Assembly: GCA_947503275.1 (NCBI GenBank)
Contig: CANNCZ010000002.1
Span: 452,733 to 516,732, forward strand
Source of the DNA: an uncultured Erythrobacter sp.
GTDB lineage: Bacteria > Pseudomonadota > Alphaproteobacteria > Sphingomonadales > Sphingomonadaceae
Direction of reading: 5' to 3'
Length of the DNA stretch: 64,000 bases
Below the pieces are notes generated by a model that made no database searches, was not told the origin of the DNA, and saw nothing but the letters and a program-made list of their open reading frames with translations. The first letter of the stretch is position 1, and each line of letters begins with the position of its first letter. Shown here one piece after another: positions 43,106 through 53,827 of the stretch. The translations under genes were made by a program, and so were the position numbers.

Positions 43106-43732
43106 TCAGCCAACCGCTTCGAGGTCATCATCATCGTCACTGGTGCTAATTGCGGGCGGCAGAACCGATGAATCAATCTCGTCTGCCTCGTCCTTAGACC
43201 GGCTGGTACGACGCGGCTTGCGGCGCGGCTCATCTTCGCTTGTTTCAGCCTTCGGCTTACGGGGGCGGCGCTTGGGCTTCGGTGCCTCTTCATCGCTGCT
43301 CGCGGCGTCGCCTTCGACGCCCTGATCACCCTCTTGGGGCATAGCATTATCTTGCTCATCGCGGCGGTTACGCGGGCGACGGTTGCCGGACCGGCGATTA
43401 TCATTGCGGCGCCCCTCGCCATCTTCGCTATCTTCACTGTCATCGTTCGCTTGCCCGCGCTCTTCATTGCGCTTGGCCCGCGCTTCTTCCTGGCGCGATT
43501 TGTTGTCAGCGATGACCCGGAAATAGTGATCGGCGAATTGCAGGTAATATTCTGCCTGAACTCGATCACCGTTGTGTTGCGCATCCTGCGCAAGCTTTTT
43601 GTACTTGTCGAGCAGCTGAGGCGCATTGCCCCGCGCGCGAGAATCGATCCGGTTCATCTGATTTGAACCGCCCTGATTGCTCCGGTTACCGCGGCCGCGA
43701 CGACGATTGTTATTATTACGATTGTTATTCAA
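43106..43732 (-). CDS. DUF4167 domain-containing protein
   Basis: An Asn/Arg-rich N-terminus, then RGNAPQLLDKYKKLAQDAQHNGDRVQAEYYLQFADHYFRV, then a basic/acidic tail. I prefer the TTG at 43732 (GAGGAT 9 nt upstream). The maximal ORF extends to the ATG at 43837. Confidence 0.68.
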   Translation of the reverse strand: MNNNRNNNNRRRGRGNRSNQGGSNQMNRIDSRARGNAPQLLDKYKKLAQDAQHNGDRVQAEYYLQFADHYFRVIADNKSRQEEARAKRNEERGQANDDSEDSEDGEGRRNDNRRSGNRRPRNRRDEQDNAMPQEGDQGVEGDAASSDEEAPKPKRRPRKPKAETSEDEPRRKPRRTSRSKDEADEIDSSVLPPAISTSDDDDDLEAVG

Positions 43733-43997
43733 AGGAATTTTATCCTCATCCGTGACACAAAGCGCGTTTTCATGGTGCGCATGCCAACTTGTGGACCCCG
43801 AGTTCGTTTCTCTCAAAACACGTAAGCGATCTCGCAAGCGCGCCCGCCCAGCATGCGACCTTGGGGGTGACCCACATGGTCATTTCGAGCGGAAAATCGG
43901 AGCTTGACCATGCCAATCCGCGCAAAGAGCCGCTCGGCAGGTCTGATTCGGGGTTAGCGAGCCGAGATGGGTTTGCCAAGCCCTTGCGCTATTTTGC

Positions 43998-44834
43998 CTA
44001 CCGAAGAACCACAGCCCGTGGCCGATTTGCAAGATCATTGCGGATTTCGGGCGAAAACCCCTGTTCTTGCGCGAGAGCACAAACGGCATCGGCCTGTGTC
44101 GCGCCTATTTCAAAAATGGCGACGCCCCCCTCCTGCATAAGTGCACCGACCGCCGGGATCAGGATGCGGTAGTCATCCAAACCATCTGAACCTGCAAACA
44201 AGGCGCTGGCAGGCTCGTAGTCTTCCACGTCACGCACAAGGTCTGCACCGGCCTCAACATAGGGCGGGTTGCATAAGATCAAATCGAAAGGGCCCGGCAC
44301 CTGCGCCAGCCCCGCTTCGCGCCAGTCGAGCTGTGGCCAGCTTGTGCGCTCTGAAAGGCCAAGCACCTGGGCATTTTGTGACGCATATTCGAGCGCGCCC
44401 ATAGACTGATCGGCACCGACCCCCACCCAGCGGGGACGATTGGCAAGGAATGCAAGCAACAAGGCGCCTGATCCTGTGCCAAGGTCCAGCACTCTTCCAG
44501 CATCGCCGGTCAGTTCGAGCGCGGTCTCGACAAGCACTTCGCTATCGCTGCGAGGTATCAGCACACCCGGACCGACTTTAAACGGCAGACCAAAGAACTC
44601 TTGCTCACCCAGAATATACGCCACAGGTTCGTGCGCCATCCGCCGGTTGCAATCGTCCAGAAACCCCTTAGGGCAGGCCACATCCATACGGGTCAGAAGC
44701 ATCTGCGAACGCGATACGCCAAGCCGGTGTGCCATGATCAACTCCGCATCAAGCCTTGCGGTATCGCTTGTTTTTTCAAACTGGCGGGCAGCATCGCGCA
44801 ACGCCTCGCTCACGCTTTTTCTAACGGCGTTCAC
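43998..44834 (-). CDS. prmC: peptide chain release factor N(5)-glutamine methyltransferase
   Basis: VLDLGTGSG and NPPY motifs. The GTG start overlaps the prfA stop (GTGA). Confidence 0.9.
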   Translation of the reverse strand: MNAVRKSVSEALRDAARQFEKTSDTARLDAELIMAHRLGVSRSQMLLTRMDVACPKGFLDDCNRRMAHEPVAYILGEQEFFGLPFKVGPGVLIPRSDSEVLVETALELTGDAGRVLDLGTGSGALLLAFLANRPRWVGVGADQSMGALEYASQNAQVLGLSERTSWPQLDWREAGLAQVPGPFDLILCNPPYVEAGADLVRDVEDYEPASALFAGSDGLDDYRILIPAVGALMQEGGVAIFEIGATQADAVCALAQEQGFSPEIRNDLANRPRAVVLR

Positions 44835-45901
44835 TCAGCCAGCGCCGCCAGCCGCTTGCCTTCATCCTCGGCAATCAGAGCGTCGACCATTTCAGCGAGG
44901 CCGGTGCCAGCGAGCACTTCCTCGAGTTTGTGCAGAGTTAGCCCGATGCGGTGATCCGTCACGCGACCTTGGGGAAAGTTATAGGTTCGGATGCGTTCCG
45001 AGCGATCGCCGCTCCCGACCATCGCTTTGCGAGCTTCAGCCTCGGCCCCCTGCGCCTCATCCCGCATCTTTTCATACAGCCGCGCGCGCAAAACTTTCAT
45101 CGCCTTTGTGCGATTTTTAAGCTGGCTGCGCTCATCCTGCTGCATCACCACAAGGCCGCTGGGCAAGTGTGTGATGCGGACCGCAGAATCAGTGGTGTTG
45201 ACGTGCTGCCCCCCCGCACCAGACGCGCGATATGTGTCAATTTTCAGGTCGCCCGTATCAATCTCTACGTCGAGCTCATCCGGTTCCGGTAAGACCGCAA
45301 CTGTGGCGGCTGACGTGTGAATGCGCCCGCCACTTTCGGTGACCGGCACGCGTTGCACGCGGTGGACGCCGCTCTCGAACTTCATCTTTGCGAACACACC
45401 AGCGCCGGTGACATTGGCGACGATCTCCTTGAAGCCGCCGACTTCCGATGCATTCATGCTGACCGGTTCAACCTTCCACCCATTTTCCGCAGCAAAGCGC
45501 TCATACATGCGGAAAAGGTCACCAGCGAATAAAGCCGCCTCATCGCCGCCTGTCCCTGCGCGAATTTCGAGCATCGCAGGCTTGCTATCCGCAGCATCGC
45601 GCGGAAGCAGGGCAATCGCGAGGGCGCGCTCTTGTTCGGGCAGTGATTGGCGGATTGATTGCAGCTCATCCTCAGCCATCGCCTTCATTTCCGGGTCGGT
45701 GAGCATCTCTTCAAGCCCAGCGATTTCATCACGCATAGAGAGAACTTCGGATGCGACTTTGGCAACGGGTTCAAGTTCGGCATAATCGCGGCTGGCTTGC
45801 ACGAAAGCCTCACCTTCGAGCGTTCCAGACGCCATGCGCGCTTCGAGTTCAGCGAAACGGTTGGTGATCTGATCAAGCCGTTCTTGGGGGATCGTGCTCA
45901 A
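44831..45901 (-). CDS. prfA: peptide chain release factor 1
   Basis: PVT (PxT) and [11 protein letters not shown] (GGQ) motifs. The TTG start overlaps the hisS stop (TTGA). Confidence 0.95.
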   Translation of the reverse strand: MSTIPQERLDQITNRFAELEARMASGTLEGEAFVQASRDYAELEPVAKVASEVLSMRDEIAGLEEMLTDPEMKAMAEDELQSIRQSLPEQERALAIALLPRDAADSKPAMLEIRAGTGGDEAALFAGDLFRMYERFAAENGWKVEPVSMNASEVGGFKEIVANVTGAGVFAKMKFESGVHRVQRVPVTESGGRIHTSAATVAVLPEPDELDVEIDTGDLKIDTYRASGAGGQHVNTTDSAVRITHLPSGLVVMQQDERSQLKNRTKAMKVLRARLYEKMRDEAQGAEAEARKAMVGSGDRSERIRTYNFPQGRVTDHRIGLTLHKLEEVLAGTGLAEMVDALIAEDEGKRLAALAE

Positions 45902-47244
45902 TCTTGCTCTCCAAGCGCACGCACCTCTTGCTCCAATTCACTAAGCTGATCGTCCATCGCCTCCATATCGTCGGCGAAACGCAGGTCCCAGGACCGCTCT
46001 ATGATGGCATCAAGAGAAAGCGCAGTTTGCTCTCCCGTTTTGAGATCTTTGAATTGCAAGAGACCAGATGCCAGCTCGTCGGCACCAATGATAATGGCAG
46101 CCTTCGCGCCCGCCTGATCCGCGCGATTGAAGCGCTTTTTCATGTTCCCACGAACAAACAACTCAGTCGCAAAGTGGCTAAGTCGAAGTGATTGGGCCAC
46201 TTCGATAGCTTTCAACTCTTCGTCCTTACCGAGAGGGATAACTGCCAGTTCGACTGGCTCTTGATTGCGCTCTCCCACCAGCATCGTCAGCCGCTCAATT
46301 CCGGCTGCCCAGCCAACCGCTGGTGTATCAGGGCCGCCAAGGCTCTCCATCAAGCCATCGTAGCGGCCGCCACCCAGAATGGTGCTTTGCGCGCCCAATG
46401 CCTTGGCCGCCTCTGATCCCTCATCGGGAATGAACTCAAATGCAGTGTGGCGGTAATAGTCTAATCCGCGCACCAAGGCCTCTGCGCGCTTCCACTTCAC
46501 GCCGGCGGCATCCAATCCCTTGGTTACGCTATCAAAGAACGCTAGCGCTTCGTTGGACAGAAATGCGTCGATCTTTGGTGCATCGGCTAGAAACGCTTTG
46601 TCGCGCGGATCTTTGCTGTCGAGAATACGTAGCGGGTTTTTGTCCAACCGTTCCTGACTGTCCTCAGACAGCTCACCACGCACCGCTCCGAAATAGTCAA
46701 TCAACCCTGCACGCCAAGCATCGCGGCTCGCCGCGTCGCCCAACGTGTTGAGGTGCAGCGTCACGCCTTCGATCCCAAGCTCTTTCAGGAGGTGATCCGC
46801 CATCGCCAGCAATTCGACATCCGCCTGCGGCTCACCTGCACCAATAATCTCGGCATCGATCTGGTGAAATTGACGATAGCGGCCCTTTTGTGGACGCTCA
46901 TAGCGGAACAATGGGCCATGGGTCGCAATCTTCAACGGCGCGTGTTGCTGCCAACCATTGGAGAGGTAGGCGCGCGCAATCCCAGCAGTGAACTCAGGAC
47001 GCAATGTAAGCGAGTCGCCGCCGCGATCCTCAAACGAATACATCTCCTTTGACACCACATCGGTGGTTTCTCCCAAGGATCGGGCGAAAACCTCGGTCTT
47101 TTCGAAAACAGGAAATTCTGCGCGACGGAAGCGATAGAGTTTGCGCACGCGTTCGAATGTCTCGACCACAAAGGCGAAACTCTCCGCATCGGCACCGAAG
47201 ATGTCTTGCGTGCCGCGAATGGCTTTAGGGGTGTTCTTGCTCAT
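45898..47244 (-). CDS. hisS: histidine--tRNA ligase
   Basis: ATG at 47244 ([17 protein letters not shown]...), with class II motifs including RGLDYY. Confidence 0.93.
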   Translation of the reverse strand: MSKNTPKAIRGTQDIFGADAESFAFVVETFERVRKLYRFRRAEFPVFEKTEVFARSLGETTDVVSKEMYSFEDRGGDSLTLRPEFTAGIARAYLSNGWQQHAPLKIATHGPLFRYERPQKGRYRQFHQIDAEIIGAGEPQADVELLAMADHLLKELGIEGVTLHLNTLGDAASRDAWRAGLIDYFGAVRGELSEDSQERLDKNPLRILDSKDPRDKAFLADAPKIDAFLSNEALAFFDSVTKGLDAAGVKWKRAEALVRGLDYYRHTAFEFIPDEGSEAAKALGAQSTILGGGRYDGLMESLGGPDTPAVGWAAGIERLTMLVGERNQEPVELAVIPLGKDEELKAIEVAQSLRLSHFATELFVRGNMKKRFNRADQAGAKAAIIIGADELASGLLQFKDLKTGEQTALSLDAIIERSWDLRFADDMEAMDDQLSELEQEVRALGEQD

Positions 47245-47355
47245 ATATGGGCCGATTAGGCTACACTCGAACTTGCCGCAATATCGCAAGGGAGCTATCG
47301 GCCCCAAATCGCCTTTTGGGAGAGGGGCCGACAACCGCAACTAGGAACTCCGCAT

Positions 47356-47883
47356 ATGCGCATCGACAAAATCCCCACTGGCTCCAATCCCCCCGACGAC
47401 CTCAATGTGATCATCGAAGTGCCCACTGGCGGCGAACCGGTGAAATATGAGTTCGACAAGGATAGCGGCGCGTTGTTTGTCGACCGTATCCTGCACACGC
47501 CAATGCGCTATCCTGCCAATTACGGATTTGTGCCGCACACGCTCAGCCCTGATGGCGATCCTCTTGATGCTTTGGTTATCGCACGCTCGCCTTTCATCCC
47601 CGGCTGCGTGGTTAAGTCCCGGCCGATTGGCGTGCTAAATCTCGAAGATGAGCATGGCGGTGATGAGAAGTTGATTTGCGTGCCAGTCGACACGACTTTC
47701 CCATACTACTCAGATGTGGGTGAAACAAAGGATTTGCCGTCGATTATCATGCAACAGATCGAGCACTTCTTCACCCATTACAAGGACCTAGAAGCCGAGA
47801 AATGGGTGCGGGTCGGCAAATGGGGCGACCGCGCAGAAGCGCGCCAGATCGTTTTGGAAGCGATTGACCGCGCCAAGGGGTAA
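47356..47883 (+). CDS. ppa: inorganic diphosphatase
   Basis: A family I signature (...DGDPLDALV...); 175 aa. Confidence 0.95.
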   Translation: MRIDKIPTGSNPPDDLNVIIEVPTGGEPVKYEFDKDSGALFVDRILHTPMRYPANYGFVPHTLSPDGDPLDALVIARSPFIPGCVVKSRPIGVLNLEDEHGGDEKLICVPVDTTFPYYSDVGETKDLPSIIMQQIEHFFTHYKDLEAEKWVRVGKWGDRAEARQIVLEAIDRAKG

Positions 47884-47884
47884 C

Positions 47885-48244
47885 TCAAAGAAGGGCTTTG
47901 AAAATCCCGGTCAGCGCAAGCGGAAGGCAAATCGCCAGCAGCCACAAGCCGACTAAGTCACGGCGAAACGCGCCTGCAAACTGCATATCGGCTGCTTGAT
48001 CATCGCTTAGGTCTGCCCAGCGCTTTTCAAACCAGCGACAAGCGGGGATGATAGCTGCCACTAACACGATCAACGCCACGTAAGGCAGGATCGACGATGT
48101 GCCTTGGCTCAGCGCTTTGACTGTCAGAAAGATTTGCAAGGCGGTGTAGACAAGCAGCGCATAAGCCACATGGTCGCTCATTGCTTTGCGCCAATCGCGT
48201 GGACGCTTGGCAGTTGCTTCTTGCTGATGCGACAGCTCGTTCAT
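47885..48244 (-). CDS. hypothetical membrane protein (119 aa, 3 TM)
   Basis: The ORF has three hydrophobic helices. Its stop is 1 nt from the ppa stop (tail-to-tail). Confidence 0.5.
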   Translation of the reverse strand: MNELSHQQEATAKRPRDWRKAMSDHVAYALLVYTALQIFLTVKALSQGTSSILPYVALIVLVAAIIPACRWFEKRWADLSDDQAADMQFAGAFRRDLVGLWLLAICLPLALTGIFKALL

Positions 48245-48455
48245 TTATCCGCTCCCCAACGGTTTCTGTTGGCAGGGAGTATCTCAAAGACCGTGAAGTG
48301 TTGCAAGCTCTGTAACCATTTCGAAATAAAGTTGCGTTGCGCACAAGATAGCATCGCCAAGCACCGGGAATCGCGGGACTTTTGCATGGGCCAATCTGGT
48401 TTCTTCCGCGGAAAGCAAAAATCTTGCCAAAATCGAGCTTACTGCTCTTTTCAGT

Positions 48456-49286
48456 ATGGGTGACAATGCTAAAGCTAGATTCATGACAGAAACGCCCACT
48501 CTCGATGAACGGATCGAAGCCACCGAAAGCGGCGATTCTCTCGAACCGACCGCCGCGCCTCTTGAGGGCGGACTGGAAGTCATCTCTATCGCCAAAAGCT
48601 ATGACAAGCGCGCGGTCCTTACAGATATCTCGCTGAATGTGGCCAAAGGCGAAGTGCTCGGCCTGTTGGGCCCTAATGGCGCGGGTAAGACCACCTGCTT
48701 TTATTCGATCATGGGCTTGGTGAAGCCGGATTCAGGGCGAATCCTCATGGATGGGGAGGATGTGACAAACCTGCCGATGTACAGGCGAGCAATCCTTGGC
48801 CTCGGCTACCTGCCGCAAGAAACCAGCATTTTTCGCGGGATGACAGTCGAGCAAAACATCAATTGCGTGCTCGAAATGGTCGAGCCAGACGGCGCGACCC
48901 GGGCTGAGGAGCTTGAGCGATTGTTGGGCGAATTCGGCCTGACACAGTTACGCGATAGTCCCGCGATGGCCCTTTCTGGTGGTGAGAGGCGGCGCTGCGA
49001 GATTGCCAGAGCGCTGGCCGCAAAGCCTTCAATAATGCTTTTGGATGAGCCGTTCGCTGGCATCGATCCCCTCTCGATCAGCGACATCCGCGATCTGGTT
49101 AAGGACCTCAAACGGCGCGGGATCGGCGTGTTGATCACCGATCACAATGTTCGCGAAACGCTCGATATCGTAGACCGCGCTTGCATCATCTATGGCGGTC
49201 AGGTGCTGTTTGCTGGCTCCCCGCAAGCGCTTGTTGCGGATGAAAACGTGAAGCGGCTTTACCTTGGCGAGAGCTTTACTCTCTAG
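48456..49286 (+). CDS. lptB: LPS export ABC transporter ATP-binding protein
   Basis: GPNGAGKTT, LSGGERRR and LLDEPFAGIDP. Its position directly upstream of rpoN supports the call. An alternative start is ATG 48483. Confidence 0.9.
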   Translation: MGDNAKARFMTETPTLDERIEATESGDSLEPTAAPLEGGLEVISIAKSYDKRAVLTDISLNVAKGEVLGLLGPNGAGKTTCFYSIMGLVKPDSGRILMDGEDVTNLPMYRRAILGLGYLPQETSIFRGMTVEQNINCVLEMVEPDGATRAEELERLLGEFGLTQLRDSPAMALSGGERRRCEIARALAAKPSIMLLDEPFAGIDPLSISDIRDLVKDLKRRGIGVLITDHNVRETLDIVDRACIIYGGQVLFAGSPQALVADENVKRLYLGESFTL

Positions 49287-49297
49287 GGATTTATTCG

Positions 49298-50800
49298 ATG
49301 GCCATCGGTCCGCGCCTCGATCTTCGACAATCACAATCATTGGTGATGACGCCGCAATTGCAGCAGGCGATCAAGCTGCTTGCCGCATCCAATCTTGAGA
49401 TTGAGACCTTCATCAGCGACGCGTTGGAAGCCAATCCATTGTTGGAGGCTGGCGTAGTCTCAAGTGACAATGAAAGCCCACCATCAGACCCCGATGACAT
49501 TCCTCGTGAGGAATTTACATCCGACCAATTGATGGCTCAGACACAGGGCGAAAGCGAAGCACCACTCGACATTGACGCAGGCGCTCTCGACCGAGATCGC
49601 GACACCGGCGATGGAGTAGCAATTTCTGCGACCACAAATGATTGGGGCGCCGCTGGTGGCAGTGGGGGCGCAGCGGGAGAAGATTTTCCGGGCATCGAAG
49701 CAACGCAGGCAAGCGAGGCATCTTTAGGCGAGCATCTCGATCAGCAAATCGGTGGGATCGCGGTCAATGATAAAGAAGCCTTTGCTGCGCGTCATATCGC
49801 AGGGTTGCTCGACGATGCAGGCTATCTTGCGAGTGATCTGCGTGATGTAGCCTATGATCTTGGCGTGACGCTCGATGAGGCTGAAGACGCTCTTGAGGTC
49901 GTGCAGATGTGTGATCCTACCGGAGTGGGCGCGCGCAGCCTTGCTGAATGCCTAGCGCTTCAGGCACGTGAAGCAGACCGCCTTGACCCCTGCATGCGCA
50001 AGCTGATCGACAATCTCGAACTCGTCGCTTTGGGGGAGGTCGCGCGCCTCAAACGTCTATGCCAAGTGGATGATGAGGATTTTGCCGACATGCTGCGTGA
50101 ATTGCGCAGCTTCGACCCAAAGCCCGGCCTCGCATTTGCCCCGACGACCACCGATGCAATTGTTCCCGATGTGTTGCTCACACAAAACGACAATGATGGT
50201 TGGGATATTGCCCTGAATGAAGAAACATTGCCGCGATTGGTCGTTAATCGCAGTTACTTTGTCGAAGTGAACGACGGATCACCTGGTACGGAGGCGCAAG
50301 GCTGGCTTAAGGAAAAGCTTGCCGATGCGCATTGGTTGATCCGCGCGCTCGATCAGAGGCAAAAGACCATTCTTAAGACTGCAGCCGAAATCGTGAAGCA
50401 GCAGGACGGCTTCTTTCGCCGCGGCGTATCCGAATTGCGTCCGCTCACCTTGCGTGAGGTCGCAGAGCAGATCGACATGCATGAAAGCACGGTTAGCCGC
50501 GTGACCAGCAACAAGTACCTTCACTGCGATCGCGGATGCTTTGAACTCAAATATTTCTTCTCAAGCGGCGTCGCGTCCAGCGATGGCGAAGGGGCATCAT
50601 CCGAAGCGATTAAGGCGCGGATCAAAGCGCTAACCGATGCAGAAGAGCCCAAAAAGGTGCTGTCCGACCAAAAACTGGCTGACCTCCTGCGGGATGAAGG
50701 GTTCGATCTGGCCCGTCGCACCGTAGCCAAGTATCGTGAGGCCATTGGCATCGGCTCGAGCGCCCAACGGCGACGCCAAAAGAAGCTTTCAGCGCTCTAG
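49298..50800 (+). CDS. rpoN: RNA polymerase sigma-54 factor
   Basis: An N-terminal Gln/Leu-rich region I (LRQSQSLVMTPQLQQAIKLL) and the RpoN box ARRTVAKYR. Confidence 0.94.
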   Translation: MAIGPRLDLRQSQSLVMTPQLQQAIKLLAASNLEIETFISDALEANPLLEAGVVSSDNESPPSDPDDIPREEFTSDQLMAQTQGESEAPLDIDAGALDRDRDTGDGVAISATTNDWGAAGGSGGAAGEDFPGIEATQASEASLGEHLDQQIGGIAVNDKEAFAARHIAGLLDDAGYLASDLRDVAYDLGVTLDEAEDALEVVQMCDPTGVGARSLAECLALQAREADRLDPCMRKLIDNLELVALGEVARLKRLCQVDDEDFADMLRELRSFDPKPGLAFAPTTTDAIVPDVLLTQNDNDGWDIALNEETLPRLVVNRSYFVEVNDGSPGTEAQGWLKEKLADAHWLIRALDQRQKTILKTAAEIVKQQDGFFRRGVSELRPLTLREVAEQIDMHESTVSRVTSNKYLHCDRGCFELKYFFSSGVASSDGEGASSEAIKARIKALTDAEEPKKVLSDQKLADLLRDEGFDLARRTVAKYREAIGIGSSAQRRRQKKLSAL

Positions 50801-50854
50801 GTAAACCATTGAACCGCGTTCCAACACCTAGGTATGAACCCTGCGACTCGCGGA

Positions 50855-50869
50855 TTAAGCTGGGTTTAC
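50855..50869 (+). promoter_or_regulatory. CtrA-box-like site upstream of ctrA
   Basis: TTAA-GCTGGGT-TTAC against the consensus TTAA-N7-TTAA. A GANTC site (GACTC, 50845-50849) lies 5 nt upstream. Confidence 0.3.
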
Positions 50870-50982
50870 GCTAAATTAACCTTTTCCGTTCAGACCTTGT
50901 GTGGTTAATAGATGACAACACCTCTTAGCGAGATGTTACCAAGCCACAATGGCCGCCATATTGGGCAAATAGGGGACCGGAA

Positions 50983-51678
50983 ATGCGAGTGCTGCTGATC
51001 GAGGATGAGCCAACAACGGCGAAAGCTATTGAGCTCATGCTGACTACCGAAGGCTTTAATGTCTACGCGACCGATCTGGGCGAAGAAGGCCTCGATCTGG
51101 GTAAGCTGTATGATTACGATATCATCCTGCTCGACCTGAACCTGCCAGATATGCATGGCTATGATGTGTTGAAGAAACTGCGCGTTGCCAAAGTGCAGAC
51201 GCCGGTCCTGATCCTTTCAGGCATTGCCGAAATGGACAGCAAGATCCGCTCATTCGGCTTCGGTGCTGATGACTATGTGACCAAGCCTTTCCATCGCGAA
51301 GAGCTGGTCGCCCGCATTCACGCCGTTGTGCGCCGCTCGAAAGGCCACAGCCAATCAATTATCCGCACTGGCAAACTCGCTGTGAACCTCGATGCGAAAA
51401 CCGTCGAAGTCGACAGCGCCCGCGTGCACCTGACTGGCAAAGAATACGCCATGCTTGAGCTGCTTAGCTTGCGCAAGGGCACCACGCTGACGAAGGAAAT
51501 GTTCCTCAACCACCTTTATGGCGGTATGGACGAACCTGAGCTCAAGATCATCGACGTCTTTATATGCAAACTGCGCAAAAAGCTCAGCCATGCATGCGGC
51601 GGCGAAAACTATATCGAAACCGTTTGGGGCCGCGGATATGTGCTGCGCGACCCTCAGGACGAAGCCGAAGCGGCATAA
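50983..51678 (+). CDS. ctrA: cell cycle response regulator CtrA
   Basis: [20 protein letters not shown]...[20 protein letters not shown]...[13 protein letters not shown], plus an OmpR-type wHTH. It is very close to CtrA orthologues as I remember them. Confidence 0.92.
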   Translation: MRVLLIEDEPTTAKAIELMLTTEGFNVYATDLGEEGLDLGKLYDYDIILLDLNLPDMHGYDVLKKLRVAKVQTPVLILSGIAEMDSKIRSFGFGADDYVTKPFHREELVARIHAVVRRSKGHSQSIIRTGKLAVNLDAKTVEVDSARVHLTGKEYAMLELLSLRKGTTLTKEMFLNHLYGGMDEPELKIIDVFICKLRKKLSHACGGENYIETVWGRGYVLRDPQDEAEAA

Positions 51679-51708
51679 ACCGAACCAAATTTAAGTCTTC
51701 TGTGTTGA

Positions 51709-51747
51709 AACGCCCGGGCCCCAATTCATTTGGGTCTCGGGCGTTTT
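51709..51747. terminator. hairpin terminator between convergent ctrA and the MscS-family gene
   Basis: AACGCCCGGGCCC-loop-GGGTCTCGGGCGTT (bulged) followed by TTTT. Confidence 0.6.
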
Positions 51748-51768
51748 GCATTTGGCAGCCAATCCCGA

Positions 51769-52980
51769 TTAATCCGAATTCCCGATTGATACGAAATCGC
51801 GCCCCGTGGGTTCCTGAAACAGTCTCAAATCAAATTCGGGCACGATTGCCATCAAATGGTCAAAAATATCGGCCTGAATGCCCTCATATTCATTCCATGC
51901 AGTCGTATCGGTGAAGCAATATATCTCAATCGGCAGCCCCTGCGGACCCGGCGGTAGTTGCCGAACGAGCAGTGTGAAATTCTCGCCAATACGTGGATGC
52001 CATTGCAGATATGCGATCATGTAAGCGCGCAGAGTGCCAATATTCGTCAAACGGCGCGCATTAACGGGCGCATCCTCACCGCTTAACTCACGCGCATTCC
52101 AGTCAGCGATCTCCTCACGCTTGGCGCTCAGATAGCTTTTGAGCATCTTGAACTTCTTAAGCTCGACGACCTCTTCATCAGTCAGGAACCGGATACTGTT
52201 CTGGTCCAACACGATAGATCGCTTAATCCGCCTACCACCGCTTTCGCTCATCCCGCGCCAATTCTGAAACGCATCAGAAACTAGCCGGTGCGTGGGGATC
52301 GTGGAGATTGTCTTGTCGAAATTCTGCACTTTCACCGTGTGCAATGAGATATCGATGACATCGCCATCGGCATCCATGCTCGACATTGTGATCCAATCGC
52401 CCACACGCAGCATGTCGTTGGTGGTCAGCTGAACGCTGGCAACAAGGCTCAGGATGGTGTCCTTGAAGACCAACAAGAGCACCGCGGTAACTGCACCCAA
52501 TCCAGACAGCAGGAGCAGTGGCGATTCATCGATCAGCACTGAGATAACGACGATCGCCGCCCCACACAGGACGAGGATTTTCACAACCTGTACAAACCCT
52601 TTTATAGGGCGATTGCGCGATGTCGGCAGGCGCTCGTACACCTCATTCGCGTAAGTCAGCGCTTTCACGATCGCCATCGCCACGGACAGCACGATCATGG
52701 CCTGAGTTACATTGGCGATGACGATTCGAACTTGATCGGATGTGTTGGGCACCGCCCAAATGCCATTCGAGATGATCAAAAGAGGTGCAACGGTGGCGAG
52801 CCAGGCGGCAGACTTGTCGATCGTTTGCGATTTTGAATCGAGATAGGGGGCGGCCGCGCGCAGAATTACGTACTTCAGCACGTAATTCACAATGATCGCG
52901 GCTGCGAACAGACCAAAGAGGCCTGCAACTGACTGCACCCATGGCGGCTGCGTGGCGAATAACTCGGTAAATTGTTCCAT
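51769..52980 (-). CDS. mechanosensitive ion channel family protein
   Basis: 403 aa with several N-terminal TM helices and the MscS core (MLRVGDWITMSSMDADGDVIDISLHTVKVQNFDKT). Confidence 0.85.
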   Translation of the reverse strand: MEQFTELFATQPPWVQSVAGLFGLFAAAIIVNYVLKYVILRAAAPYLDSKSQTIDKSAAWLATVAPLLIISNGIWAVPNTSDQVRIVIANVTQAMIVLSVAMAIVKALTYANEVYERLPTSRNRPIKGFVQVVKILVLCGAAIVVISVLIDESPLLLLSGLGAVTAVLLLVFKDTILSLVASVQLTTNDMLRVGDWITMSSMDADGDVIDISLHTVKVQNFDKTISTIPTHRLVSDAFQNWRGMSESGGRRIKRSIVLDQNSIRFLTDEEVVELKKFKMLKSYLSAKREEIADWNARELSGEDAPVNARRLTNIGTLRAYMIAYLQWHPRIGENFTLLVRQLPPGPQGLPIEIYCFTDTTAWNEYEGIQADIFDHLMAIVPEFDLRLFQEPTGRDFVSIGNSD

Positions 52981-53080
52981 TGCCGACGGGCGTTACAAGC
53001 AAGTGGCACGCGCCCTCAAGCCGTGTGTATGAAAAACTTGGACTGGACAAGCGCGATGCCGCCTGATTAGCGCGCACAGC

Positions 53081-53782
53081 ATGAGCGCATATAAAGAAGG
53101 CGATCCCACCACCCTAAGCCGGCTTTACGGTCGCAGCGTCGGCAAACCATTGCGCGCGCGCCAGCAAGGCTTGGTCGATGATCTGCTCCCAAAAATTGCG
53201 GTGCCTGAGGATGGTCCCGTGACAGCGGAAGGCCTGTTCGGCGAAGACTGCCCATTGCATTTCGAGATCGGCTTCGGCGGCGGCGAACACCTCGCCTATC
53301 GCGCGGACCTGCTGCCCAATCATGGCTTCATCGGTGCCGAGCCCTTCCTTAACGGCGTGGCTCAAGCCCTGTCCCACGTTGAAGAAGAGCGCCTGGCCAA
53401 TGTTCGCATCCACCATGGCGATGCCATGGAAGTGCTGGCGCGCGTACCAGATGGCGCATTGACCATGGCCTATCTACTCCATCCTGACCCTTGGCCAAAG
53501 GCGCGCCATGCCAAGCGACGGATGATGAATGATGGGCCGGTTCAATTGATAGCCGACAAATTGAAACCGGGCGGCGAATTTCGCTTCGGCACCGATCATG
53601 CCGTCTATTTGCGCCATGCCTTGATGGTGATGCAGCGTTTTGGGGATGAGTTTGAATGGGTCGCGGAAAAGCCTGCCGATTGGCAGAACCGGCCGAGCGG
53701 CTGGTCCAAGACCCGATATGAGCAAAAAGCGCGAGAAGTGTTTGGCCACGAGGTCTGGTACTTTCGTTTTCGGCGCCGCTAA
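53081..53782 (+). CDS. trmB: tRNA (guanine(46)-N7)-methyltransferase
   Basis: EIGFGGGEHL and HPDPWPK blocks. Confidence 0.9.
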   Translation: MSAYKEGDPTTLSRLYGRSVGKPLRARQQGLVDDLLPKIAVPEDGPVTAEGLFGEDCPLHFEIGFGGGEHLAYRADLLPNHGFIGAEPFLNGVAQALSHVEEERLANVRIHHGDAMEVLARVPDGALTMAYLLHPDPWPKARHAKRRMMNDGPVQLIADKLKPGGEFRFGTDHAVYLRHALMVMQRFGDEFEWVAEKPADWQNRPSGWSKTRYEQKAREVFGHEVWYFRFRRR

Positions 53783-53827
53783 TTTGCAAAAGCTTAGCAA
53801 TCGCGTCACTTTCGCAAAAACAGGGGA

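Noticed and set aside
43680-43735. An AAT/CGT-rich repetitive stretch.
   Set aside because: It encodes the Asn/Arg-rich N-terminus typical of DUF4167 proteins. It is codon-level low complexity, not a mobile or regulatory repeat.
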